64,000 nucleotides of DNA from Candidatus Omnitrophota bacterium (GTDB lineage: Bacteria; Omnitrophota; Gorgyraeia; 2-01-FULL-45-10), in the NCBI GenBank assembly GCA_028699255.1, contig JAQVUX010000001.1:60084-124083 (forward strand), read 5' to 3'. Both the position numbers and the translations under genes were made by a program. Of the stretch, positions 27,667 to 36,856 are shown in pieces; the stretch's first letter is position 1; the number at the start of each line of letters is the position of its first letter. Below the pieces are notes generated by a model that made no database searches, was not told where the DNA came from, and saw nothing but the letters and a program-made list of their open reading frames with translations.

Positions 27667-28586
27667 ATATAGATAAACTGAAATACAGTAAAGACATTGG
27701 ACTTATAAATCCCTCTATGATAGCGGGATGGCCGGGAATGGGTAATGTGGCTCTCGGTGTCGTTGATTATTTACAGCGTAAACTGCGCGCCGCTAAATTT
27801 GCCGAGATCGAAATCGACCCTATGTCGGTAATCGATTCGGTTTCTGTGGAGAACGGCATTGCTTCTTTTGGGCCAGCTCCAAAAAATGTATTCTATTATA
27901 CAAAAAATCCGGATATTATCATATTTAAAGGCGAGGCGCAGTTGCCCGGCCAGGACGGTATTCTGTTACTTGAAGAGGTTCTCGATCTGGCTTCCAAGTT
28001 AAAGGTGAAACGGATATATACCGGTGCCGCATTCCCAGTTCCCGTTAGCCATAAAGAGCCCTCAAGGGTTTATTCCGCGGTTAATAAGAGGTCTTTAAAG
28101 GCCCCCCTTGCCAGATTCGGCTTGCTTCCTATGGAGAGCGGGCACATAGCGGGGCTTAACGGATTACTTCTTGGATTTGCCGAAAAGAAGGGGATGGAGG
28201 CGGCCTGCCTTCTGGCAACTATGCCTCAATACGCGATAAGCTTGCCTAACCCAAGGGCAACGGCGGCTATAATAGAGGCTTTACGAAGGATCCTTGGCTT
28301 TGAACCGGATATGGCGGAATTAAGCGAATGCATAAAGGACATGGACGAAAAGATGATGGTTATCGAGGACAAGATGAAGGATGTTATGTCCGTAGAGACT
28401 AAAGAAGCAAGCGCTCAGCCATTATCCTCAGGTAAAATTCTACCGCCTTATATAAAAGTCAGAATCGAGAAGTTGTTTGCAGAGGCCGCAGGAGATAAAG
28501 CAAAAGCCATTTTGCTTAAGAGCGAGCTTGACCGATGGGATCTTTTTAAAACATACGAAGATAGATTTCTGGACCTGTTTAAATAG
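27642..28586 (+). CDS. PAC2-family protein (COG1938, proteasome-assembly-chaperone-2-like fold)
   Basis: The N-terminal LINPSMIAGWPGMGNVALGV box and overall length and pattern are typical of the PAC2 family. The ORF track start is a GTG at 27642 that overlaps the nuclease stop; the ATG near 27717 is an alternative. Confidence 0.65.
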   Translation: MGRYGCHVNIDKLKYSKDIGLINPSMIAGWPGMGNVALGVVDYLQRKLRAAKFAEIEIDPMSVIDSVSVENGIASFGPAPKNVFYYTKNPDIIIFKGEAQLPGQDGILLLEEVLDLASKLKVKRIYTGAAFPVPVSHKEPSRVYSAVNKRSLKAPLARFGLLPMESGHIAGLNGLLLGFAEKKGMEAACLLATMPQYAISLPNPRATAAIIEALRRILGFEPDMAELSECIKDMDEKMMVIEDKMKDVMSVETKEASAQPLSSGKILPPYIKVRIEKLFAEAAGDKAKAILLKSELDRWDLFKTYEDRFLDLFK

Positions 28587-28616
28587 AATAGCAAATATAA
28601 AAAAGGGGGGCCGTTT

Positions 28617-29807
28617 ATGCTGAAGAAGCCGGTTATTATAACGGCGGCGATCATAATTATTACGGCCGCTTCTATTTTTATATACCGCTACCAGATATTG
28701 CAGTATACCGCTGAGTCGCTTATCAGGAAGTATCTCCCGGCCTACGTGAGTATCGACACTATTAAATTCGATTTTACAAAATCGGATATAATCCTTACAG
28801 GATTCCGCATGTCAAACCCACCCGGATTTTCCAATCCTAACTTGATAGAGATAAATAAGATCACATGTCATTATGCGCTTCAGGGCAAAAACATGCTGAA
28901 CGGTTTTGTTCTGTCAAATCCGGTTTTGACCGACGCATCGCTTGATATCGAAAGGCTTGGCGACGGCAGACTTAACCTCTTTGAGGCGCAATCGATTATG
29001 ATAAAGAATCCGGCCGCTTCCTCTAAAGGAAATCTTGAAGAAGAAGCCACTCCAGATAAGGGCAAACAAGAAGCTGATAAAAATGCCGGGGTTATCCTGC
29101 CCGAGGTATTTACGCTAAAGAACGCGAAGATGACTTTTTCAGACGGCATGGTCGGTGATAGGCCCCATGTTATATCCCTGGAAAATATCGACACGGTGCT
29201 TACGATGAAGATGAACAGGCAATGTACCAGAGTATTATCGGTTACAGCCGTAGGCGGCGGTAATCTTATGGGGGATCGAGCTCAATCCGTTAGATGGACC
29301 ATAGGTATGGATCCAACGGCACAGCGCCTTACGATGTCCAACAGGTTCGAGGTTTCCGGCGTATTTATACCGCTATTCGAACCATATTATGATAAGTATT
29401 CTCCGTTAGTTTTTAAATCCGGAAGATTCTCCGGGCTTCTTATTTTTGATTTTGATAATGGCATGATAGGGTCAAGTGATGAGCTCCATTTGTCGGGAGT
29501 AAAGTTTTTTGTAAAACCCGGATACGAAAACGCGACATTCTGGGAGACCACCGTTCCCGACCTGGTGAAGTATTTCACATCCCCATACGGAGACATAATT
29601 TTTGATTTTAAGATAAAAGGAGATATGGCAGATCCAAAATTCTATCTCGGCCCTAAATCAAAAAAAGCGATCGTGGCCATGGCGATCGATAAGATATCAG
29701 AGGCAATGCAAAAAACTGCCGCGTCAGGCAATGGTCAGGGCGCAAAGTCCGATATCGAAAAAGCGCAGGATTACATCGAGCTTTTTAGAGGACTGATCAA
29801 AAAATAA
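28617..29807 (+). CDS. hypothetical membrane-anchored protein (396 aa), N-terminal TM with a large beta-rich periplasmic domain; possibly AsmA/DUF748-like
   Basis: It has a single N-terminal TM (VIITAAIIIITAASIFIY) and lies at the start of the lower-GC segment. The family is uncertain. Confidence 0.45.
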   Translation: MLKKPVIITAAIIIITAASIFIYRYQILQYTAESLIRKYLPAYVSIDTIKFDFTKSDIILTGFRMSNPPGFSNPNLIEINKITCHYALQGKNMLNGFVLSNPVLTDASLDIERLGDGRLNLFEAQSIMIKNPAASSKGNLEEEATPDKGKQEADKNAGVILPEVFTLKNAKMTFSDGMVGDRPHVISLENIDTVLTMKMNRQCTRVLSVTAVGGGNLMGDRAQSVRWTIGMDPTAQRLTMSNRFEVSGVFIPLFEPYYDKYSPLVFKSGRFSGLLIFDFDNGMIGSSDELHLSGVKFFVKPGYENATFWETTVPDLVKYFTSPYGDIIFDFKIKGDMADPKFYLGPKSKKAIVAMAIDKISEAMQKTAASGNGQGAKSDIEKAQDYIELFRGLIKK

Positions 29808-29815
29808 AAAAGGTT

Positions 29816-31048
29816 TTGATGGAAAAACTTTCGAAAAATGTGACATGGTTGGCTGCCGCGAATATCGTGAGCAGCCTTTTTAGTACGGTTCTGTTCGTAT
29901 ATCTTGCCAGGATGCTGGGGCCGGATGCATTTGGGTATATATCGTATGCATTTACGATAGCATTCTTTCTTGCTAATTTTGTCGATATAGGGCTGTCCAC
30001 ATACGGCATACGCGAGATAGCAAAAACACCGGATAAAGTGCACGATTACGTTTCTGAGATAGTCTCTTTCCGTTTTCTTATAGCAAGCGCGTTATTTGCA
30101 ATGCTTTGTGCTGTCACTCTCATCTCATCGCATTCATCATCGATGAAAGCCGTTATATTAGCATCGGGGTTGATGCTATTTACCTTTGCCGTAGGTACGG
30201 AGTGGGCGTTTCAGGGTGTAGAGAAGATGAGGATGGTGTTTATTTCCTGCGCAGTAACATCATTTTTACAGCTCGGATTGACGCTGATTTTTGTTAAAAG
30301 ACCTTCAGACCTGTTGAAAGCTCCGGTCATATACTTTCTGGCAACGTTGCCGATCATCGTAGTTTTTTTACGTCTCTTCAAATACAGGGTACTTTTAAAA
30401 AAGGCGGACGTAAAGAAGATTTTTTCGTATCTGTCAAGCGCCGTTGTCATATGGTCGATATCGATATTTGCTCAGGTATATAACGGGCTCGACATTTTTA
30501 TCGTAGGACTTTTCAGGCCTATCGAGGACGTAGGCTACTTTACCATAGCCCGCAGGGTTATCGGTGCCTTTATCATGTTCATGGTATTTTTAACCAATGC
30601 GATCTTGCCTAGGCTGTCTCACGCTTCCTGCAATGACCCGGAACTTTTTAAGTCGACCACTCGAAAGTTTTTCAGAATGTGCGTAGCGGTGACAATATTT
30701 GTTCTGGTGCCGGCTATCTTTTTATGCGAGAGAGTTATTTTGATGGCAGTAGGTTGGGAATACTTACCAGCAGTTCTTCCGTTGAATATTATGATAGTCG
30801 GCCTGGTATTCGTTCTGTTTAACCTGCCGTATTCCACAGGTCTTATTGCATGCGGTATGGAAAAGGACGTTATGATACAAACTGCCGCCAGCGCGGCCTT
30901 AAGCCTCTTAATAAACTTTATTATTATACCGATATATGGTATTATTGGTGCCGCTATATCATTTACCATTGTTGAAATATTTGCATTTGTATGGATCTTC
31001 TGGATATACGAAAAGAGGATCCGCCGTACCATAGCCAGTAAAAAATAA
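29816..31048 (+). CDS. polysaccharide biosynthesis protein / flippase (Wzx-like, MOP superfamily, multi-TM)
   Basis: The 410-aa product is highly hydrophobic, with about 12 predicted TM segments. Its N-terminus (NVTWLAAANIVSSLFSTVLFVYLARMLGPDAFGYISYAFT) is typical of Wzx/RfbX flippases. Confidence 0.75.
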   Translation: MMEKLSKNVTWLAAANIVSSLFSTVLFVYLARMLGPDAFGYISYAFTIAFFLANFVDIGLSTYGIREIAKTPDKVHDYVSEIVSFRFLIASALFAMLCAVTLISSHSSSMKAVILASGLMLFTFAVGTEWAFQGVEKMRMVFISCAVTSFLQLGLTLIFVKRPSDLLKAPVIYFLATLPIIVVFLRLFKYRVLLKKADVKKIFSYLSSAVVIWSISIFAQVYNGLDIFIVGLFRPIEDVGYFTIARRVIGAFIMFMVFLTNAILPRLSHASCNDPELFKSTTRKFFRMCVAVTIFVLVPAIFLCERVILMAVGWEYLPAVLPLNIMIVGLVFVLFNLPYSTGLIACGMEKDVMIQTAASAALSLLINFIIIPIYGIIGAAISFTIVEIFAFVWIFWIYEKRIRRTIASKK

Positions 31049-31060
31049 AGGAGGGGAGAG

Positions 31061-31228
31061 ATGGTTGAAAGAAGCGAGTATAAAGGGAAGCCGGTTTTAA
31101 TATTGAAAAGGGATGAGAACGATAAGTATCCGTTTGCTTTCGGGCTTAATAAAGCAAAAATGATGCTGGAAAACATAGAAGAGATCAAAAGATTCGTAGA
31201 AGAGAACGATAAGGCCGTTGATCAATAA
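31061..31228 (+). CDS. small ORF (55 aa) with a strong AGGAGG RBS, immediately after the flippase gene
   Basis: It is not in the supplied ORF track because it is under 60 aa. The reading is ATG at 31061, AAGGAGGGGAGAG 0-8 nt upstream, stop TAA at 31226-31228, product MVERSEYKGKPVLILKRDENDKYPFAFGLNKAKMMLENIEEIKRFVEENDKAVDQ. Confidence 0.4.
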   Translation: MVERSEYKGKPVLILKRDENDKYPFAFGLNKAKMMLENIEEIKRFVEENDKAVDQ

Positions 31229-31237
31229 TCGCCGGTT

Positions 31238-31591
31238 TTGTTTATGAAAAGGCTCATAAACAAGTCCGTATTTTTTATAGGATGGTTGCTTTCGCCGCTT
31301 ACTTTTTGGAACGACATCTTCGTAAACATACCAATATCGTATCTGACGGCAAGCTTTCTGGTGCGTTTTACCCATATCAATTTCGGAGTATTGGTGGTCG
31401 CTTGTTACTGGGTAAGTAACATCATTGGCCTTGCCATGATGTATGTAGCCGGAAAGAACATAGCGCGCCAGGGTAAGGGCATGGCCAGGGAAATATTTGG
31501 TATTGTAGCCGCGATCGTAATTTATAGCGTCGCATTATTACTGCTGACATGGGCCGGAATTATTAATCCTTTGCAAGCTTCCGCAATATAA
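31238..31591 (+). CDS. small integral membrane protein (117 aa, about 3 TM)
   Basis: The ORF is hydrophobic and sits in the same operon-like run as the flippase. No recognisable family. Confidence 0.45.
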   Translation: MFMKRLINKSVFFIGWLLSPLTFWNDIFVNIPISYLTASFLVRFTHINFGVLVVACYWVSNIIGLAMMYVAGKNIARQGKGMAREIFGIVAAIVIYSVALLLLTWAGIINPLQASAI

Positions 31592-31776
31592 TAATCTATA
31601 ATCACGCAAAATCATCAACGTAACAGGAGTAAGTCATACCTATGAACCCATATATTGGCTATATGTCTACGTCCTATAATATATCTTATGTTAACTTGAT
31701 GTATGGAAAAGAATAGACATAACATATTGTAAATAAATATGTTATGTAAAATATGGTGTTTCCTGTGAATAAGTGT

Positions 31777-34125
31777 TTACTTCTTGGCGGGCGCTTCTGC
31801 ATCTTTAAGCGTATTACCGAGTTTCTTTGTGAAGTCCTGCATCATGCCTTTCATGTCTTCATGTAATTTCCGCTTGTTTGGATCAAGGTATGTTTGACGG
31901 TATTTAGCTTCCTGTTGCTGTATGTAGCCGACCTCGAACGCGCTATCGTTTGATTTACGTATTCTGTCCAGTATTTTATCCAGTTCGCTTGGCGGTAGTT
32001 TTTCCAGTTCTTCCTGAGTTATGTTCGGTTTGAGTATACTACGAAGCTGTAGTAAAGCCATGTTTTTTGCCAGGTCTTTTAGTATGTTGTCGTAATATGG
32101 CTTAGTCGATTTCGCATATTCATTTATTATCCTGCACTTAGCGTTCTCCAGTTCCGAGAAAACCTCTTTTATATTTGCCATATCGCCTTTTTTCAATAAA
32201 TCTGGCATAGCTTGAGCCAAAAGTATGTTTGTAACTGCTTGCAATAGATCGTTTTGGGCTTTCTTCAGCTCCGGATCCATATTTCCATCCGCGCCAGCCT
32301 CTATTTTATTAACGTCTCCTACGAGTGCCCTTATGGCGTCAAGTATCGTCTTCTGATCTTCCGAAGGGTTACTCATTATTTTCATAAGCGCGGACATAAC
32401 CCCAAGCGTTTCTTCTTTACTGGCAATTTCGCCATTTGGGGCTATAGCTCCAGAGTTAAGCGCCGCTAACGCTATCATATTAAATACCTCGTCCTTCGGC
32501 ATCATCTTGACGCCATCCTGATATGTTGATTGATTACCGGAAAAATTGTTTTTTGCCGTTATATCGTATAATCTGTTACCATTTTCGGTATCTTGGCCAA
32601 AGTATAAAGAGTAACCATCCGCAACATTACTTGTCTCACTTGCTATGTTATATAGTGATATTAATTCCCCTGTTGTTACGGCGAGTGTCGCTACCCCGTA
32701 ATCATTAATAGGTGTGATAGATGTTGTGGTTATACTGTCGTATGTATATGTTTCCGGTATCCATACATCTGGATCGGAATAAGCATCAAGATATACCGAA
32801 TTGTAACTTTGAGTTATACCATACTCGTTAGACATGGTTATGGTAGAGTCGGGAGAAAGACTATACCAGTCATCAGCCGAAAGCTCACTCCAGGAGTAAT
32901 AGGAATTATCCATCCCATCCCAAGTATTACTCAAGTACCCTTTATGAAAGAATTCCCCATCATAAGAATAATCGGTCCAGAATGTACCATTAACGAACAT
33001 TCCGCCTGTATACCAGCTTACTCCAGTGTATACTTTTTCGCCCGTACCGTTGGTGTAATATTCAAGAAGTCCTTTAACATTACCATAGGCGGTTCCGTAA
33101 CCAGCCACTTGCACATCCATATATCCTAGATCAACTGATTCATACGATGTTGCTACGTAGCTTCCTTCATGCCATTGCCCCGTTTCATAATATCCGCCTG
33201 ACCATATCCGACCAATGGACGTGCTATCGCCGGAGTTTAAACTGGCCGTGGTCGAAATCGTATTATTATTAAGCCTGTCCAATATGTCAATGCCTATACG
33301 ATCACCGTATACCGGATCACTTGCAAAGTAGACAGATGTAACCTCAGTATTTGCATCAAACGCGAAATGATTACTTATATTACCATAAGAATTCAATACT
33401 TCAACGGAGGTAGTAGAGTCGCTATTACGTACTACCAGCGCAAGAGAGCCATTACTTAAGAGTAGCCCTTGCACATCTATATAGTCATCACTGGAAAAGG
33501 ATAGGCGTTGGTAGTAGAAATCATCGATCGTGGTCGTGCTTATGGCTTGCTTAGAGAGAAGCACCTCATTACTTCCGTCATTTTTGATTATATCAAAGTA
33601 GTAGCTCTCCCCTTCCTTATATGCGTGAAGTATATTGCCACTACCAAGTATTATGGCCGGAGTACCATCTGCAAGTATGATTGTGGCGGTGGCAGTTGCC
33701 TTTTGCCCCCGCGCGCTACTTTTTTGCTTCAGTACCGGGGTAATCTTTTCCGGTGTTTTACTTTCAGGTTTTTTTTTGGCTAAATTAAGATTGGCGGCGT
33801 TTGGAGACTTATTAAGGAGGCCGATCTTTTCAAGTATTTTATCGAGCATTCCGGGTTGCTTTCCGTTATTTTGGTGCATTACGGCCTCAGCCTGATACCT
33901 TGCTATATTTAAATAGCCTGGAGAGAATACCGATGAACTACTATTACTAGTGCGATCATTTTCACTTATACTGGTATAAGCCATAGCATTACCTGCAAGG
34001 AATAACATTATAGTTACACCAATGATTTGTACACACCCTATTCTACCGAAAATTTTTGTTTTCATTTTCGCACCTCTATAATTCATCGTTTCTATTCTTC
34101 TAACTAAAGTATACACTATATCCAA
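31777..34125 (-). CDS. large secreted or surface protein (about 760 aa mature). It has a signal peptide, a Tyr/Gly/Ser/Thr/Asp/Asn-rich beta-type central region and a Lys/Glu-rich alpha-helical C-terminal third. Candidate adhesin.
   Basis: The signal peptide is MKTKIFGRIGCVQIIGVTIMLFLAGNAMA/YT, so the likely true start is the ATG at 34065. Local GC is about 34-46% against 55-62% in core genes. No catalytic motifs are recognised. Confidence 0.6.
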   Translation of the reverse strand: MDIVYTLVRRIETMNYRGAKMKTKIFGRIGCVQIIGVTIMLFLAGNAMAYTSISENDRTSNSSSSVFSPGYLNIARYQAEAVMHQNNGKQPGMLDKILEKIGLLNKSPNAANLNLAKKKPESKTPEKITPVLKQKSSARGQKATATATIILADGTPAIILGSGNILHAYKEGESYYFDIIKNDGSNEVLLSKQAISTTTIDDFYYQRLSFSSDDYIDVQGLLLSNGSLALVVRNSDSTTSVEVLNSYGNISNHFAFDANTEVTSVYFASDPVYGDRIGIDILDRLNNNTISTTASLNSGDSTSIGRIWSGGYYETGQWHEGSYVATSYESVDLGYMDVQVAGYGTAYGNVKGLLEYYTNGTGEKVYTGVSWYTGGMFVNGTFWTDYSYDGEFFHKGYLSNTWDGMDNSYYSWSELSADDWYSLSPDSTITMSNEYGITQSYNSVYLDAYSDPDVWIPETYTYDSITTTSITPINDYGVATLAVTTGELISLYNIASETSNVADGYSLYFGQDTENGNRLYDITAKNNFSGNQSTYQDGVKMMPKDEVFNMIALAALNSGAIAPNGEIASKEETLGVMSALMKIMSNPSEDQKTILDAIRALVGDVNKIEAGADGNMDPELKKAQNDLLQAVTNILLAQAMPDLLKKGDMANIKEVFSELENAKCRIINEYAKSTKPYYDNILKDLAKNMALLQLRSILKPNITQEELEKLPPSELDKILDRIRKSNDSAFEVGYIQQQEAKYRQTYLDPNKRKLHEDMKGMMQDFTKKLGNTLKDAEAPAKK

Positions 34126-34201
34126 GGAAAAGGAATAGGGGTATGGCTGACTTTTTTATTTTTAATTCGGAGCCTCGGCCTGTAGACCGAGGAGGCTCCA
34201 C

Positions 34202-35518
34202 TTACTGTGTTCTGCGGTCTAAGAGGAAGGTACTTTTCTGCACCTGTTTCACGCGGCTTTTTATGTTTACAGCGATGTTGGTGAGCTCGCCGTAGCTTGA
34301 AATGGCTCGTAATTGGTTGGTTACCCCTGCCAAAGATATCGTCATTATGGGAAACTTCATAAGCTCTCCCCTTCGGCTCTTCTCTACTATGAACCCTATG
34401 TCGAGATCCTCTTTATTATAAAAAGCCCTGACCTTGGTATCGAATTGATGGATTATCTCCTGCGCGATGGCATCTGCTCTTGCCGGACTTGTTATCATGA
34501 AAAAGTCGTCGCCGCCCTCATGTCCGACAAAATCCCCGGGAGCTCCTTTTAGTTTCACAGCATTCTCGATGACATCGCATGTAAACTTTATTATATCGTC
34601 GCCTTTCGCTATGCCGTAGTGGTCGTTATAGGCTTTAAAATTATCCAGATCTATATGCACAGCTACAAATTTTTCGTTAATTTTGATCCTTCGCTCCACC
34701 TCTTCACGTATTATCGTATTACCCGGTAATTTTGTGAGCGGATTGACGTTCTCCGCCCGCTCCTTCATCTTTTTCAAGGCTATCGTCATTAGGTTAAAAG
34801 TATCCCCCAGCTCCTGTATCTCGTCCCGTGTATTTATCTTTACATTTAGGTCGAGGTTTCCGGAAGATATCTCTTTAGTAGCTTTATTGAGCAATCTTAT
34901 AGGCCAGACGATCGTACGAACCAGCATGAATCCCAGGAATAGATTGCCGATTATTACGGCGATTGCTGTTAATGCGATCGGTATTAAAATATCGGCAACA
35001 GCTTTGCTTATATTGGCTATAGAAAAAGAAAGCTTAGCGATATATTTCGGCGAGTTACCAAGCCATATCGGTATATAAATATCTATCATCTTCGTTTTTC
35101 CGTTGACGGTAGAATAGAACCAGTCATTACCCTCCGCTGTTTTTGACAAGCGCAAATATGTATTTATATCTTCTTTAGTTTCTCCGAACTCTTTTGCGAT
35201 AGGATCGTTTGTAGCTATGGCATTTCCGTCCATCGACATTATGGATATCCTGTCCGCTATCCCCTCTTTTGAAAAAGATTCAACGGCGGCTTCGAATATA
35301 GCCGGTACGGTTTCGTCAGTATCGATGCCTTTTAATAGCATCTCGAGAGTGGTTTTGACTATGATGGTACCTACGCGGGCACGATATTTATTATAGGAAT
35401 TCAGGCGGTCGAGATGATTATTGAGTTGTATAGAAGTAAAAATAGAAATGAATAAGAGGGATAGCCCCGCTATCAGAAGAGTTACTCTAACCTGCAGTCG
35501 GAACTTGTGCATATGCAA
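34202..35518 (-). CDS. membrane sensor diguanylate-cyclase-family protein (TM - periplasmic sensor - TM - HAMP - GGDEF domain) with a variant GGDDF active-site motif
   Basis: The GGDEF domain is recognisable (HIDLDNFKAYNDHYGIAKGDD...GDFVGHEGGDDFFMI). Two TM segments flank a periplasmic domain of about 150 aa, and a HAMP-like linker is present (LLNKATKEISSGNLD). Confidence 0.75.
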   Translation of the reverse strand: MHMHKFRLQVRVTLLIAGLSLLFISIFTSIQLNNHLDRLNSYNKYRARVGTIIVKTTLEMLLKGIDTDETVPAIFEAAVESFSKEGIADRISIMSMDGNAIATNDPIAKEFGETKEDINTYLRLSKTAEGNDWFYSTVNGKTKMIDIYIPIWLGNSPKYIAKLSFSIANISKAVADILIPIALTAIAVIIGNLFLGFMLVRTIVWPIRLLNKATKEISSGNLDLNVKINTRDEIQELGDTFNLMTIALKKMKERAENVNPLTKLPGNTIIREEVERRIKINEKFVAVHIDLDNFKAYNDHYGIAKGDDIIKFTCDVIENAVKLKGAPGDFVGHEGGDDFFMITSPARADAIAQEIIHQFDTKVRAFYNKEDLDIGFIVEKSRRGELMKFPIMTISLAGVTNQLRAISSYGELTNIAVNIKSRVKQVQKSTFLLDRRTQ

Positions 35519-35626
35519 AGTATTATATATCGCTTAAGGAATTAATACAATATTTTTTAAAAAAGGCTCCCTTGTTTTTGACGATTCTTGTGATATAATT
35601 AATTTACAATACGAAAGGTCGCAATA

Positions 35627-36856
35627 ATGAAAAAAGTCATAGCATTGATACTGGGCGGCGGGCAGGGCAAGCGGCTCTTCCCCTTAACAATGTACCGCTC
35701 CAAACCTGCGGTTCCGATAGGCGGTAAGTATCGCCTTATCGACATACCGATAAGCAATTGCCTGCATTCCGGCTTAAAAGATATATATGTCCTCACGCAG
35801 TTCAACTCCGAGTCGTTGAATAATCATATTAATAATACTTATAGATTCGACTATTTCTCCCGCGCGTTTGTGCGTATATTGGCGGCCGAGCAGACGGTGG
35901 ATAATACGAGCTGGTTCCAGGGTACCGCCGACGCTGTGAGACGCAATCTTTCCCATCTTGATCTAAAAGGCGATGAACAGATACTCATACTCTCCGGCGA
36001 TCATCTTTACAATATGGATTACAGGGAGCTTATTGATTATCATATTTCCCGCAAGGCGGACGTTACCGTATCGGCTATACCTGTATCCGAAAAAGAGGTC
36101 GGTGAATTCGGAATATTGAAGATGTCGAAAGAAGGCAGGATAGCAAGTTTTAAGGAAAAACCGAAGAGCCGCGCGGAGCTTAAAGGATATAAGATAAGTA
36201 GTGGTGTCGACGGCAATTATCTCGCGTCTATGGGTGTATATGTCTTCAATTCCAGGACGCTTACGGAGGCGTTGTCAGGCAATGACGCGGATTTCGGTAA
36301 AGAGGTTATCCCTCATTCAATAAAACGATCGCGTAGTTTCGGTTATACTTTCAGCGGCTACTGGAAGGATGTCGGAACGATACAGTCGTTCTATGAAGTC
36401 AATATGGGTATGTCCGCGTCGAAACAGCAATTTTCGTTCTTCTACGATGGCTCATTATTTACCAGGCCGAGGTTTTTACCATCCGCCAGGATATTTAATT
36501 CGGATATTAAGAATTCGCTGATCACGGAAGGATCGGTTATATCCGACGCAGATATAACTAATTCGATAATAGGATTAAGGTCCATAATAGGTAAAAATTG
36601 CCGTATCTCGCGGACTGTAATGATGGGCGCCGATTATTATGAAGCTAAAGACTCAAAGGAAGTGATATCCGTCGGTATCGGGGATGGGGCTTTTATAGAC
36701 AAGGCCATCGTAGACAAGAATGCCCGCATAGGCAAAAATGTAACAATAAAAAATATGCGTAATATAGATAATTTCGACGGAGAAAATTATTTTATACGTG
36801 ATGGTATAGTGATAGTGCCGAAGGGTGCGATAATAAAACCCGGCACTAAGATATAG
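35627..36856 (+). CDS. glgC: glucose-1-phosphate adenylyltransferase (ADP-glucose pyrophosphorylase)
   Basis: The N-terminal nucleotidyltransferase motif is ILGGGQGKRLFPLTMYRSKPAVPIGGKYRLIDIPISNC, followed by a C-terminal left-handed beta-helix. The product is 409 aa. Confidence 0.9.
   Translation: MKKVIALILGGGQGKRLFPLTMYRSKPAVPIGGKYRLIDIPISNCLHSGLKDIYVLTQFNSESLNNHINNTYRFDYFSRAFVRILAAEQTVDNTSWFQGTADAVRRNLSHLDLKGDEQILILSGDHLYNMDYRELIDYHISRKADVTVSAIPVSEKEVGEFGILKMSKEGRIASFKEKPKSRAELKGYKISSGVDGNYLASMGVYVFNSRTLTEALSGNDADFGKEVIPHSIKRSRSFGYTFSGYWKDVGTIQSFYEVNMGMSASKQQFSFFYDGSLFTRPRFLPSARIFNSDIKNSLITEGSVISDADITNSIIGLRSIIGKNCRISRTVMMGADYYEAKDSKEVISVGIGDGAFIDKAIVDKNARIGKNVTIKNMRNIDNFDGENYFIRDGIVIVPKGAIIKPGTKI

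Noticed and set aside
31719-31751. Perfect 11-bp AT-rich inverted repeat (ACATAACATAT-N9-ATATGTTATGT) between convergent genes 31238-31591 and 31777-34125
   Set aside because: It could serve as a weak bidirectional terminator or a protein-binding site. It is too AT-rich and lacks a flanking T-tract for a confident intrinsic terminator, so it is noted only.
34168-34200. Hairpin GGAGCCTCGGCC-tgtaga-CCGAGGAGGCTCC between the GGDEF gene and the 782-aa gene as a canonical intrinsic terminator
   Set aside because: The stem is good, but the U-tract lies on the wrong side for minus-strand transcription (T-rich 5' of the hairpin on the plus strand). It may be an attenuating or bidirectional structure. 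I have not called it a terminator feature.
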